Shown here piece by piece: positions 46,919 to 57,120 of a stretch of 64,000 nt of DNA (the first letter of the stretch is position 1; each line of letters opens with the position of its first letter). The position numbers and the translations under genes were made by a program. The notes below the pieces were generated by a model. That model searched no databases. It saw only the letters and a list, made by a program, of their open reading frames with translations, and was not told the origin of the DNA. Origin of the DNA: an uncultured Candidatus Rokubacteria bacterium (lineage in GTDB: Bacteria > Methylomirabilota > Methylomirabilia > Rokubacteriales > DASRDR01); the NCBI GenBank assembly GCA_963826115.1, contig CAWGVS010000005.1, positions 224,001-288,000 on the forward strand, in the 5' to 3' direction.

Positions 46919-48508
46919 ATGGCTCAGCGCCTCGTGACCGCCCGGAGCACTCGGCTCGCGCTCGCCGTCCTGCTCTTCGTCATGGCAGGGTGGCTCGGAC
47001 CTCGGCCGGCCGACGCCCAGGGATCACCAGCAGCCAGCCCGAAGCGCGGGGGTGTTCTCCGCGTGGCCATTATCGGAGAGCCGCCCTCGCTCGATGGTCA
47101 CATGACCACGGCGACAATCACGCGGGAGATCGGGTCGCAGATCTTCGAGACTCTCTTCACCCTCGACGGGCGCTTCGAGACCGTGCCGCATCTTGCCGAG
47201 AGTCACGAGGTGCAGGATGGCGGAAAGCGCTACGTCATCCAGCTCCGGAAGGGCGTCCGGTTCCACAACGGGAAGGAGATGGGTGCGGCCGACGTCGTCG
47301 CCTCGCTCAGGCGTTGGGGCGCCGTGTCGTCGACGGGCAAGACCATCTTCAAGACGGTCGAGGCCGTCGAGGCCCGGGGCCCCTCGACCGTGGAGATCCG
47401 CCTGCGGGAGCCGTCGGTCATCCTTCCGACAGCGCTCGGCGCGATCGGCCCGTTTGCGGCGATCTATCCCAAGGAGGTCATCGACGCGAGCGGCGACGGC
47501 CCGCTCAAGGAGTTCGTGGGGACCGGGCCGTTCCGGCTGGCCGAGCACCGGCCCGATCGGCACATCAAGCTGGTCCGCTTCGACGGCTATGCGGCCCGAT
47601 CGGAAGCGCCCAGCGGGCTCGCCGGCCAGCGAACGGCGTACCTGGACGAGCTCCTGTTCATGCCGGTGCCCGAAGAGGCGACGCGCTACGCCGGGCTCAC
47701 GTCGGGCGAGTACGGCTTCGCGCAGCAGCTCCGCCCGGATCACTACGAGAGTCTCCGGACCGCCACCGGCGTCACGCCCGTCGTCGTGAAGCCGTACGGC
47801 TGGGCGGTGCTCGTCCTGAACCTGAAGCAGGGGCTCCTGATGGACAAGCGGATCCGCCAGGCCATCCAGGCCGCCGTCAGCGTGGATCCGGCGATGCTGG
47901 TCGCCATGGGGCATCGTGATTTCTTCCGGGTGGACCCGGGCCTCTTCTTCCCGGAGCAGGCGTGGCACTCGAAGGCCGGCGCGCGCCTCTACGACCAGAA
48001 GGATCCGGCAAAGGCGCGCCGGCTTCTCCAGGAGGCCGGCTATCAGGGCCAGCCCGTGCGGTGGATGGTCACCACCGAGTACGAGCACCACTACAAGCCG
48101 GCGCTGGCAGTCAAGAGCCAGCTCGAGGAGATCGGTCTCAAGATCGACCTCCAGGTCTCCGACTGGGCCACCGTCGTCCAGCGGCGCAACAAGGCCGAGC
48201 TGTGGGACATCTTCAGCACGGCCGTGGTCTTCGAGGCCGAGCCGAGCACGTCCGTCCAGGTCCTGTGCGAGTGGCCGGGCTGGTGGTGCACGCCCGAGAA
48301 GGACGGGCTCCTCCAGGCGATGGCGCGGGAGCCGGACGTCAAGAAGCGCTTTGCCCTGTGGGAGAAGGTTCAGACGCTCTTCTACGAGGACGCCGCGCGC
48401 GTCAAGCTCGGCGACTACTTCCGGATGGACGGGCGGCGCGCCGACGTCCAGGGGTACCAGCCGGGCCCGTACATGCGGTTCTGGAACGTCTGGCTCGATC
48501 GGAAGTAG
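46919..48508 (+). CDS. ABC transporter substrate-binding protein, family 5 (peptide/nickel)
   Basis: Signal peptide, LRKGVRFHNG, ADVVASL, GTGPF. Confidence 0.9.
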   Translation: MAQRLVTARSTRLALAVLLFVMAGWLGPRPADAQGSPAASPKRGGVLRVAIIGEPPSLDGHMTTATITREIGSQIFETLFTLDGRFETVPHLAESHEVQDGGKRYVIQLRKGVRFHNGKEMGAADVVASLRRWGAVSSTGKTIFKTVEAVEARGPSTVEIRLREPSVILPTALGAIGPFAAIYPKEVIDASGDGPLKEFVGTGPFRLAEHRPDRHIKLVRFDGYAARSEAPSGLAGQRTAYLDELLFMPVPEEATRYAGLTSGEYGFAQQLRPDHYESLRTATGVTPVVVKPYGWAVLVLNLKQGLLMDKRIRQAIQAAVSVDPAMLVAMGHRDFFRVDPGLFFPEQAWHSKAGARLYDQKDPAKARRLLQEAGYQGQPVRWMVTTEYEHHYKPALAVKSQLEEIGLKIDLQVSDWATVVQRRNKAELWDIFSTAVVFEAEPSTSVQVLCEWPGWWCTPEKDGLLQAMAREPDVKKRFALWEKVQTLFYEDAARVKLGDYFRMDGRRADVQGYQPGPYMRFWNVWLDRK

Positions 48509-48520
48509 GCGGAGGGAGAC

Positions 48521-48715
48521 ATGAGCGACGTGACGCTGGACGAGGTGAGGGCGCGGGCGGCGGCGGCGGGCCTCACGCTGAGCGACGCGCAGCTGGCGAT
48601 CGTGCAGCGCATGCTGGCCGACACGCTGGCGCCGCTGCGCCGGACCGACGCGAGCGCCATGCGGGCGGTCGAGCCCGCGGTCACCTTCGACGCGGGTGGG
48701 GGAGCCGGGGAATGA
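48521..48715 (+). CDS. Small GatC/AtzG-like amidase partner protein
   Basis: 64 aa, RAAAAGLTL...VEPAVTF; RBS GGAGGGAG; overlaps the amidase start. Confidence 0.6.
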   Translation: MSDVTLDEVRARAAAAGLTLSDAQLAIVQRMLADTLAPLRRTDASAMRAVEPAVTFDAGGGAGE

Positions 48716-50110
48716 TGCCGTCCGACGATCTGGCCTATGCGGGGATCCGCGAGCTGGGTCGGCGCTTTCGGTCGGGGGCGCTCTCCCCGGTCGAGCTGAC
48801 CACGTTCCAGCTCCGGCGCATCGAGCGCCTCGAGCCGACGCTCCATGCGTTCGTGACGGTCACGGCCGACCGCGCCCTGGCCGACGCGAAGGCCGCGGAG
48901 GCCGCGATCGCCCGCGGCGACCGCCGCCCGCTCCTGGGCATCCCGGTCGCCTACAAGGACCTCTACGCCACGCGCGGCATCCGGACGACCGCCGGCTCCG
49001 CGCTCCTCGAGGACTGGGTGCCGGACGACGACGCGACGTGCGTCACCCGCCTCCAGGACGCCGGGTGCGTCATGCTGGGCAAGCTCATCACGCACGAGTT
49101 CGCGTGGGGGATCCAGACACCGGGGCACCGCTTCCCGCCCGCGCGCAATCCGTGGAGCCGCGACCACATTCCGGGCGGCTCGTCGAGCGGCTCGGGCGCG
49201 GCGCTCGCCGCGGGGCTGTGCGCGGGCGCGCTCGGCTCCGACACCGGCGGCTCGATCCGCGGGCCCGCCGCGTTCTCCGGCATCGTGGGCCTCAAGCCCA
49301 CGTACGGGCGCTGCAGCCGCGCGGGCGTCGTCACGCTGTCGTGGACGCTCGACCACACCGGACCCATGGCCCGCACCGTGGAGGACTGCGCCTACCAGCT
49401 CCAGGCGCTGGCCGGCCACGACCCGCTCGATCCGGCCTCGAGCCGCGCCCCCGTCGCGGACTATCTCGCGCGCGCTGGGGCAGCCCATCCGCGGCCTCGC
49501 GATCGGCGTGCCGTCGCGCGACTTCTTCCTGGAGGGCACCGATCCCGAGGTCGCCGCCGCGTTCGAGGCGTCGCTCGCGACGCTCCGCTCGCTCGGGGCG
49601 GATGTCCGGGACGTGGCGATCCCCCACATCTGGGACACCCCGGTGTTCATGGTCATCCTGGCGTCTGAGGCCTTCGCCTACCACGAGCGCGACCTCCGCG
49701 AGCGCCCCTGGCTGTACGGCGAGCTGTTGCGGGACCGACTCCTGCACGGTGGGCTCTACACCGGCGCGGAGTACGTGCAGGCGATGCGCCTCCGTGAGCG
49801 ATTGCGCCGGGAGATGCGCGAGGCGCTGCGCACCGTGGATCTCCTCGCGACGCCCACGATGCCGAAGCCCGCGCCGACGTTTGCCAGCGCCTATGACGGC
49901 AAGGTGGGCTTCCCGCGGAGCAACACGCCGCCTTTCAACCTGAGCGGGCTGCCGGCGCTCGCGCTACCGTGCGGGTTCACGGGCGGCGGCCTGCCGATCT
50001 CGCTGCAGCTGGCCGGCCGACCGTTCGACGAGGCCACGGTGCTGCGTGCGGGGCACGCGTACGAGCAGGCCACGGAGTGGCACACTCGCCGGGCGCCTCT
50101 GGCCACGTGA
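48712..50110 (+). CDS. Amidase (GatA/AtzE-like), with an apparent +1 frameshift near 49471
   Basis: GIPVAYKD, GGSSSGS, GSDTGGSIRGPA in one frame; the C-half (PFNLSGLPAL, GLPISLQL) is in another frame. Confidence 0.85.
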
Positions 50111-50335
50111 TCGGGTGGCGAGGCGCGTCTCGCGCCAGCCGGTCCCCCGCTCAGGGCCTCCCGGACGTCGAGCGTGTCGTGAGGAATCCTTCAGGGGTTG
50201 GACGCCATCGCAGCCACGAGGATGCCGAGGCGTGGCATGGTCGATATTCGCCAGTGATCCCCGCCCGCGCGCGGGCAGGGTGTGGGCCGCGTGGGCGTTG
50301 AAGTGGGCCGTCGGCTCGCTTATGTATGGAGTGGC

Positions 50336-51610
50336 ATGAGGACCTCCTGTCGCCGGCGCTGGTGGCCGTGGCTGCTCGTCCCGGTGGTTCTCGCCGGCTG
50401 CATGTTCCGCGACCTCAGGCAGAACCTCGCCACGATGAACGAGTACGCCGTTCTCCGCGGGACCGTCCGCACCGACCACGCGACCGATCTGCCGATCGTG
50501 GTCGTCATCTACTCGGGCGAGAAGGGCCGCGAGGAGCTGGTGGACTACTTCGTCCTGGCGGGACCGGGGCCGTACTTCTTCTTCGTGCCCGCCGGGGAGT
50601 ATCGTCTCGCGGCGTTCGAGGACGTCAATCGGAGCTTCACCTACCAGCCCGGCGTCGAGCCCTCCGCGCTGCTCCGCGGCGGGCAGCCGATCACCGCGGA
50701 GGGCGGCGCGACCGTGGAGGGTCTCGACATCGAGATCCGTGGCGCCGGGCGCGAGCGCGTCCCGTTCGTCTTCACGTCGTCGGTGACCGAGGAGTCGGGC
50801 GAGCGGTCCCTGGCCGAGTTCCACCTCGGCGAGGTGACGAGCCTGGACGACCCGCGCTTCTCGGAGGAGAGCGCGCGTCGGGGGCTGTGGCAGCCGGCAG
50901 ACTTCCTCCGGCAGGTCGGCGCCGGCGTGTACTTCCTCGAGCCGTACGATCCGCAGAAGGTCCCGGTGCTCTTCGTCCACGGCGCCCTCGGCCACCCGCG
51001 CAACTTCGCCACCTTGATCTCGCGCCTCGACCGCAACCGGTTCCAGCCGTGGCTCGTCTACTACCCGACGGCCGTGGGCCTCACGCCGACCGCCACGTCC
51101 CTCGACCGCTGGATGCAGTACCTGTACGTTCAGCACCACTACCCCCGCCTGGCAGTCGTCGCTCATAGCATGGGGGGGCTGGTGGCGCGGGCCTTCGTCA
51201 ATCGCGTGATCACCGCGAACGACGGTCGCACCGAGGGCATGCGGCTGTTCTTCACCATGTCGACGCCGTGGGGCGGGCACGCGGCGGCCCAGCGGGGCGT
51301 GGACCGGGCGCCGGTCGTCGCGCCCTCCTGGTACGACATGGCCACGGGGAGCCCCTTCCAGCGCTCCTTGCTCGACACGGCGCTGCCGCCGATGCTCGGG
51401 CACGATCTGCTCTTCAGCTTTGCGGGCGGTCCGCGCCGGATGGGAGAGGCCAACGACGGGGTCGTCACCGTCGCGAGCCAGCTCGAGCCTCGCGTGCAGT
51501 CCCATGCGCGCGCGGTGCGCGGCTTCAACGAGACGCACACCTCCATCCTGGAGAGTGTCGAGGTGTCGGCGCTCCTGAACGCAGAGCTGGCCGTGGCGAC
51601 CGCGCGGTAG
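50336..51610 (+). CDS. Lipoprotein alpha/beta hydrolase, paralog 1
   Basis: Lipobox LAGC, VLFVHG, AHSMGG, STPWGG, NDGVV, HTSIL. Confidence 0.85.
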   Translation: MRTSCRRRWWPWLLVPVVLAGCMFRDLRQNLATMNEYAVLRGTVRTDHATDLPIVVVIYSGEKGREELVDYFVLAGPGPYFFFVPAGEYRLAAFEDVNRSFTYQPGVEPSALLRGGQPITAEGGATVEGLDIEIRGAGRERVPFVFTSSVTEESGERSLAEFHLGEVTSLDDPRFSEESARRGLWQPADFLRQVGAGVYFLEPYDPQKVPVLFVHGALGHPRNFATLISRLDRNRFQPWLVYYPTAVGLTPTATSLDRWMQYLYVQHHYPRLAVVAHSMGGLVARAFVNRVITANDGRTEGMRLFFTMSTPWGGHAAAQRGVDRAPVVAPSWYDMATGSPFQRSLLDTALPPMLGHDLLFSFAGGPRRMGEANDGVVTVASQLEPRVQSHARAVRGFNETHTSILESVEVSALLNAELAVATAR

Positions 51611-51799
51611 CACCCGCCCGACCTGCGCCAACCCTCCCGAGCATCGCCCGCCGGGCCGCCTTTCGGCTTGACGCCCACGCCTTCCGGCGCGACTGTCGTG
51701 ATTGGCCCGGAGTCGAGGAACGCCGGCCGCCGCCGGGAGCTCCGGGTCCGTTCCGCAACAGGCCCAGGGGCGCCGGCCCGGCGCCCGGAGGGAGGAGCC

Positions 51800-52270
51800 A
51801 TGCGCAGCGAGAAGCGGGTTCCGTGGTATGCGCTCATGGTCGCGCTCTCCGTCGTCGCCGTGACGGGACCGGAAGCGGTCGCCCAGACCGCGGGCCCACG
51901 GGCGGCGATCGAAGCCGCCAACGCGAAGTTCTCCGCGGACTTCGCGAAGGGGGATGCCAACGCCGTCGCGTCGCACTACACCTCCGGCGCCTGGGCCTTC
52001 CCGCCGAACGGGGAGATCACCCGCGGCCGGGAGGCTATCGGGAAGCTCTGGAAGGGCGCCATGGACGGTGGTGTCAAGCAGGTGAAGCTGACCACCGTCG
52101 AGGTGGAGGCCCACGGTGATGCCGCCCACGAGGTGGGCACCTACGCGCTGGTCGGCGACGCCGGCAAGCAGGTCGACAACGGCAAGTACGTCGTCGTCTG
52201 GAAGCGCGAGGGAGGGCAGTGGAAGATTCACCGGGACATCTGGAACACCAGCGCGCCGGCGCCGAAGTAG
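51800..52270 (+). CDS. Secreted SnoaL/DUF4440-like protein
   Basis: RBS GGAGG, signal peptide, GKYVVVWKR...WKIHRDIWN. Confidence 0.85.
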   Translation: MRSEKRVPWYALMVALSVVAVTGPEAVAQTAGPRAAIEAANAKFSADFAKGDANAVASHYTSGAWAFPPNGEITRGREAIGKLWKGAMDGGVKQVKLTTVEVEAHGDAAHEVGTYALVGDAGKQVDNGKYVVVWKREGGQWKIHRDIWNTSAPAPK

Positions 52271-52298
52271 CGGATCCGCCAGCAGGGAGGAGCTCCGG

Positions 52299-52757
52299 TT
52301 GACCGTTCGGCTCGACCACATGATCGTTCCCGCCCGGGACCGCCGAGCGTCCGCCGAGCTTCTCGCCACGCTCCTCGGCGTGCCCTGGTCGAAGTCCGGT
52401 GTCGGCCCCTTCTGTCCCGTCTACGTCAATGACGGGTTGACCCTGGATTTCGATCAGGCCGACGGCCCCATCCCCATCCAGCACTACTGTTTCCGCGTGA
52501 GCGAGGCTGACTTCGATCGCATCCTCGGGCGGATCAAGGCGCGCGGCATCGCGTACCGGAGCGGGCCGCACGGTCCGGCCGACATGCGGATCGGCAGCCA
52601 CGGCGGCGGCCGGCTCGTGTACTGGAACGAGCCCGACGGGCACGTCTGGGAGGCGCTGACCGTGAGTTACGCTCGACCGCCGAAGCGCGCGGCGCGGAAG
52701 AGCGCGGGGCAGGGGAACGCGCGCCGGCGGCCAGGATCATCGCGGGCCGGACGCTGA
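52299..52757 (+). CDS. VOC/glyoxalase family protein
   Basis: TTG start, LDHMIV, QHYCFRV, GRLVYWNEPDGHVWE. Confidence 0.85.
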   Translation: MTVRLDHMIVPARDRRASAELLATLLGVPWSKSGVGPFCPVYVNDGLTLDFDQADGPIPIQHYCFRVSEADFDRILGRIKARGIAYRSGPHGPADMRIGSHGGGRLVYWNEPDGHVWEALTVSYARPPKRAARKSAGQGNARRRPGSSRAGR

Positions 52758-52920
52758 CCTCGAGGTCGCCCGGCGTGAATCCCGAGCACGCCGTGGTCTG
52801 CTTCGTGGGGACCCTGTGGGAGAACCGGTCGTTCGGAGGTGGTCGATCCACCAGCACGTGATCGAGATGTCGCGCGCGGGGCGGCGTTTCCCGGGCGCGG
52901 GGAGGGCGAAGGCAGGGGCG

Positions 52921-54207
52921 GTGAGCGGACGGAGCCTCCCCCGCGTGCGCTGGTGGCTGCCCTGGCTCGCCGCCCTGGTGCTCTCGGGCTGCATGTTCCA
53001 CCGGCTCGGGCGCGACCTGGATCAGGCGCGCGAGCACGCCGTGCTCCGGGGCTCGGTGCGCACGGAACACCCGAGCGACTTGCCGATCCTGGTCCTCGTC
53101 TACGCGGGCGAGGTGGGCCGGGAGCGCCTGGTCGACACCTTCGTCATGGCCGGGCCGGGCCCGTACTACTTCCTCGTGCCGGCCGGGACCTATCGCCTCG
53201 CCGCATTCGTCGACGTGAACCGCGACTTCACCTACGAGCCCGGCGTGGATCCCTCGGCGCTGCTCCGGGCCGGCGAGCCGGTGCCGGCGCTCGGCTCGAC
53301 CACGCGTGACGGCCTCGACATCGAGATCCGCGACGCCAGCCGGGAGCGCATCCCCTTCGCGTTCTGGTCCGCCGATGGCGATGGCCTCGCCGAGGGACCC
53401 GAGGCCGACATCCGCTTCGTCGGCGCGGTGACCCGCATCGACGACCCTCGTTTCACGGACGGCAACGCGCGCCGCGGTCTGTGGGAGCCGGTCGAGTTCG
53501 TCCGGCAGGTCGGCGCCGGCGTGTACTTCCTCGAGCCCTACGACCCGACGAAGATCCCCGTGCTGTTCGTCCACGGGGCGCTCGGGCAACCGGGGAACTG
53601 GGCCGCCATCGTCGCGGCCCTGGACCGCAACCGGTTCCAGCCGTGGCTCGCCTACTACCCGACGGCGGTGCGCCTCGAGGCGACCACGATGGCGCTCGAC
53701 CGCTGGATGGAGCAGCTCTACGTCCGGCACCGCTACCGCCGCCTGGCGGTCGTCGCCCACAGCATGGGCGGGCTCATCGCCCGCGCCTTCATCAGTCGCG
53801 TCCTCGCGGCGGGCGACGGCCGCGCCGAGGGGCTGCGTCTCTTCGTGAGCGTGTCGACGCCGTGGGACGGGAGCTCGCTCGCGCAGAGGGCCGTCGAGCA
53901 GTCGCCCGTCGTCGCCCCCTCCTGGTACGACGTGGCGCCCGGGAGCCCGTTCCTCCGCACCCTGCTCGAGCCGGAGCTGCCGGCGACGCTTCCCCTCGAC
54001 GTCCTCTACAGCTACGGGGGGAGTTCGCCCTTCATGTACAGCGAGCCGAACGACGGCTCGGTCATGGTTGCGAGCCAGCTCCTCCCCCGAGCCCTGTCGC
54101 GCGCCCGCACGGTGCACGGCTTCAAGGAGTCGCACACCTCCATCCTGCGCAACCCTGAGGTGGCGGCGCTCCTGAACGCGCAGCTGGCGACGATCGCGGG
54201 GGAGTAA
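52921..54207 (+). CDS. Lipoprotein alpha/beta hydrolase, paralog 2
   Basis: Lipobox LSGC, AHSMGG, NDGSV, HTSIL; long stretches shared with 50336..51610. Confidence 0.85.
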   Translation: MSGRSLPRVRWWLPWLAALVLSGCMFHRLGRDLDQAREHAVLRGSVRTEHPSDLPILVLVYAGEVGRERLVDTFVMAGPGPYYFLVPAGTYRLAAFVDVNRDFTYEPGVDPSALLRAGEPVPALGSTTRDGLDIEIRDASRERIPFAFWSADGDGLAEGPEADIRFVGAVTRIDDPRFTDGNARRGLWEPVEFVRQVGAGVYFLEPYDPTKIPVLFVHGALGQPGNWAAIVAALDRNRFQPWLAYYPTAVRLEATTMALDRWMEQLYVRHRYRRLAVVAHSMGGLIARAFISRVLAAGDGRAEGLRLFVSVSTPWDGSSLAQRAVEQSPVVAPSWYDVAPGSPFLRTLLEPELPATLPLDVLYSYGGSSPFMYSEPNDGSVMVASQLLPRALSRARTVHGFKESHTSILRNPEVAALLNAQLATIAGE

Positions 54208-54347
54208 CCTGCGCGAGCGCGGGGGCCCGCGGCCACACGCGCGCGGGGCGCCCGGTCGGCCTCGGACGCCCCGTCAACGCTTGACTCGGACCGGCCCCGG
54301 GGCGGATTCTCGTGACGGAGCCAGCACGGGCGAGGCGCGCGACGCAG

Positions 54348-55460
54348 ATGCCGAAGCTCACCACCGACCAGGTCAACTACCTGAACGTCGGCCTCATGCT
54401 CCTGGCCGCGGGGCTGGCCTTCTGGCGGCCGTTCGAGCTGTTCCTGCTCGTGTACGCGGTGCTCGGGCCGGCGCACTACCTCACGGAGATCTCCTGGCTG
54501 CACGACCGGAAGTACTTCACCACCCGGCCATACGATCCCGCGGTCCTGGTCGCGATCAGCGTCCTGGTGACGCTCTGCGTGTTCGACCTGGTCCCGGGCG
54601 TGCCGGCGGCGGCGGTGACGTGGCTCACGCTCTTCGGGTTCGCCGCCGCCCTCGTGTTCGCGCTCGTGCCGGGCGCCCCGGGCCGCGCGATCGGGATCGC
54701 CGGAGCGGCCGTGGTCGCCACGGTGCTGGCGGAGGCTCCCGCCGCCGAGTCGGTCTTCCGCCTCTTCCTTCCCACGCTGATCCACGTCTCGCTGTTCACG
54801 GGGGCGTTCATCCTGATCGGGGCGCTGCGCGGCCGGAGCGTGTCGGGGCTCTTGTCCCTGCTGGTCTTCGTCCTGGTGCCGGTCGCCTTCCTCTACGTGC
54901 TTCCCGGACGCGAGCAGTACGGCGTCTCGGGCTACGTGCGGTCGGCCTACGGGTACCTCCGGGACGACGGGACGTTCTCCGACGGATTCATCGGGCTGAA
55001 CCACCAGCTCCTGACGATCTTCAACCTGCACGACTTCGGGCGACCGGCAGGGGACATCGCGGGATTCGTGCGCGGCGTGAACGCGTACCTGTACGGGAAC
55101 CCCCTGGCGCTGGCGGTGATGGCCTTCATCGCATTCGCCTACACGTACCACTACCTGAATTGGTTCTCGAAGACGTCCATCATCCAGTGGCACCGGATCC
55201 CGCGGGCGCGCTCGGCCGCGGTGGCGCTCGTGTGGCTCGCCTCGGTGGCGCTGTTCGCCGTCGACTACCGGCTGGGTCTCCAGTGGCTGTTCTTCCTGAG
55301 CTTCACGCACGTGGCGCTCGAGTTCCCCCTGAACCACCTGACCTTCGTCGGTATCGGCCGCGAGATCGCGGGGCTCCTGGGGGGCGGGGCGCCACGCGCT
55401 GCCGCCGCGATGCCGGCGCGGCCAGCGGGGTCCGACGGACGTCCGCGGCGCCCCTCCTAG
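54348..55460 (+). CDS. Polytopic membrane protein with His motifs, function unknown
   Basis: GPAHYLTEISWLH, LIHV, YHYLNWF, HVALEFPLN; about 9-10 TM. Confidence 0.7.
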   Translation: MPKLTTDQVNYLNVGLMLLAAGLAFWRPFELFLLVYAVLGPAHYLTEISWLHDRKYFTTRPYDPAVLVAISVLVTLCVFDLVPGVPAAAVTWLTLFGFAAALVFALVPGAPGRAIGIAGAAVVATVLAEAPAAESVFRLFLPTLIHVSLFTGAFILIGALRGRSVSGLLSLLVFVLVPVAFLYVLPGREQYGVSGYVRSAYGYLRDDGTFSDGFIGLNHQLLTIFNLHDFGRPAGDIAGFVRGVNAYLYGNPLALAVMAFIAFAYTYHYLNWFSKTSIIQWHRIPRARSAAVALVWLASVALFAVDYRLGLQWLFFLSFTHVALEFPLNHLTFVGIGREIAGLLGGGAPRAAAAMPARPAGSDGRPRRPS

Positions 55461-55490
55461 CGTCGCTGGGGAGTCCGCTCGCTGCCTCGC

Positions 55491-55688
55491 ATGCGCGAAG
55501 CCGACGCCGGGGCGGACGTGGCGGTCGCAGCTCTTCGGGCGCGCCTGGCCGTGATGGTGGGCGGGTCGCTGGTGCGTGGCACCTACCGGTACACGCGGGT
55601 GTGGGCGCGGGAGGGCGGCGGAGCGTGGCGCGACGTCGGCGGGCACGTGAGCGCGGTTCCCGAGGGCGAGGGCACGACGTCGGTTTGA
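55491..55688 (+). pseudogene. NTF2/DUF4440-like C-terminal fragment
   Basis: YRYTRVWAREGGGAWRDVGGHVS with no N-terminal half or RBS. Confidence 0.4.
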
Positions 55689-55713
55689 CACCCAAGGCGG
55701 TGCGCCGCATAGT
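55685..55713 (+). promoter_or_regulatory. Sigma70-like promoter
   Basis: TTGACA-17 bp-CATAGT, 12 bp before the ATG at 55726. Confidence 0.55.
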
Positions 55714-55725
55714 GGGACCGCGGGC

Positions 55726-57120
55726 ATGACGAAGCCGAGCACCGTCGGCGAGCTGCGGCAGACAGGCTACATGCCGCGCTCCGTCAAGACCGAGATCCGC
55801 CAGAACCTCATCCGGAAGCTCGAGCGCGGCGAGCGCGTCTTCCCCGGCATCGTCGGCTTCGACGAGACTGTCCTGCCGCAGGTCGAGAACGCGCTCCTGT
55901 CCGGCCAGGACCTGATCCTCCTTGGCGAGCGCGGGCAGGCCAAGAGCCGACTGGCCCGCGCGCTGGTAGCCCTCCTCGACGAGTCCGTCCCCGCCCTCGC
56001 CGGCAGCGAGGTCAACGACGACCCGCTCCAGCCCATCAGCAAGGCCGGGCGCGCGCTCGTCGCGGAGCTCGGGGACCGGGCGCCCATCGAGTGGCTGCCG
56101 CGGGACCGGCGCTACGGGGAGAAGCTCGCCACGCCCGACATCACGATCGCCGACCTGATCGGCGAGGTGGACCCCATCAAGGTCGCCGAGGGGCGCTACC
56201 TCGCGGACGAGCTCACGATCCACTACGGGCTGGTCCCGCGGACGCACCGGGGCATCTTCGTTCTGAACGAGCTGCCCGATCTCGCGGAGCGGATCCAGGT
56301 GGGCCTCCTCAACATCATGGAGGAGCGGGACGTCCAGATCCGCGGCTACCTGGTGCGGCTCCCGCTCGACCTCCTGGTCGTCGCCTCGGCGAATCCGGAG
56401 GACTACACGAACCGCGGGCGCATCATCACGCCGCTCAAGGACCGCTTCGGATCCCAGGTCCGGACCCACTACCCGCGGACGCTCGCCCACGAGATCAGCA
56501 TCGTCGAGCAGGAGGCCATGCGCTTCGCCTCCGACGGCTACAAGGTCGAGGTGCCGCCCTACATGCAGGAGATCGTCGCCGAGCTGACGCACCTGGCCCG
56601 GCGGAGTCCGGAGGTCAGCCAGCGGAGCGGCGTGAGCGTGCGCGTGTCGATCACCAACTACGAGAACCTCGTCTCGAACGCGCTCCGGCGGGCCGTGCGC
56701 CTCCGGGAGCCGCTGGCGGTGCCCCGCGTCTCGGACCTCAGCGCCACGCTCGCCTCGACGGCCGGGAAGATCGAGCTCGAGACCGCCGGCGACGGCGACG
56801 AGACCAAGGTGGTCGAGCGGCTCGCCCAGAAGGCCGTCCTGTCGGTCTTCAACCGGCACTTCCAGGCTGCCCAGTTCGGCGATCTGCTGGAGGCCTTCGG
56901 CCGCGGGATGACGTGGGACGTGGGCGAGGTCATGCCGGCCGCCGACTACGAGCGGCAGGCGTCGCGCGCCGCGGGATTCGGCGCCGCGATGTCGCGCCTG
57001 GAGGCCTCGGGGCACCCGGCCCGCGTCGCTGCCGCCGTGGAGTTCGTGCTCGAGGGGCTCCACCTGAACCGGAAGCTCAACAAGGACCGGGGCACCGGCG
57101 GACCGCGGTACAAGGCGTGA
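55726..57120 (+). CDS. Mg-chelatase-like AAA+ ATPase (Rv0958-like)
   Basis: GERGQAKS, NELPDL, SANPEDYTNRGRIITPLKDRFG. Confidence 0.88.
   Translation: MTKPSTVGELRQTGYMPRSVKTEIRQNLIRKLERGERVFPGIVGFDETVLPQVENALLSGQDLILLGERGQAKSRLARALVALLDESVPALAGSEVNDDPLQPISKAGRALVAELGDRAPIEWLPRDRRYGEKLATPDITIADLIGEVDPIKVAEGRYLADELTIHYGLVPRTHRGIFVLNELPDLAERIQVGLLNIMEERDVQIRGYLVRLPLDLLVVASANPEDYTNRGRIITPLKDRFGSQVRTHYPRTLAHEISIVEQEAMRFASDGYKVEVPPYMQEIVAELTHLARRSPEVSQRSGVSVRVSITNYENLVSNALRRAVRLREPLAVPRVSDLSATLASTAGKIELETAGDGDETKVVERLAQKAVLSVFNRHFQAAQFGDLLEAFGRGMTWDVGEVMPAADYERQASRAAGFGAAMSRLEASGHPARVAAAVEFVLEGLHLNRKLNKDRGTGGPRYKA

Noticed and set aside
55726-57120. Chlorophyll or cobalamin chelatase subunit
   Set aside because: It is paired with a VWA protein in the widespread Rv0958/Rv0959-like arrangement, and no chelatase large subunit is nearby.
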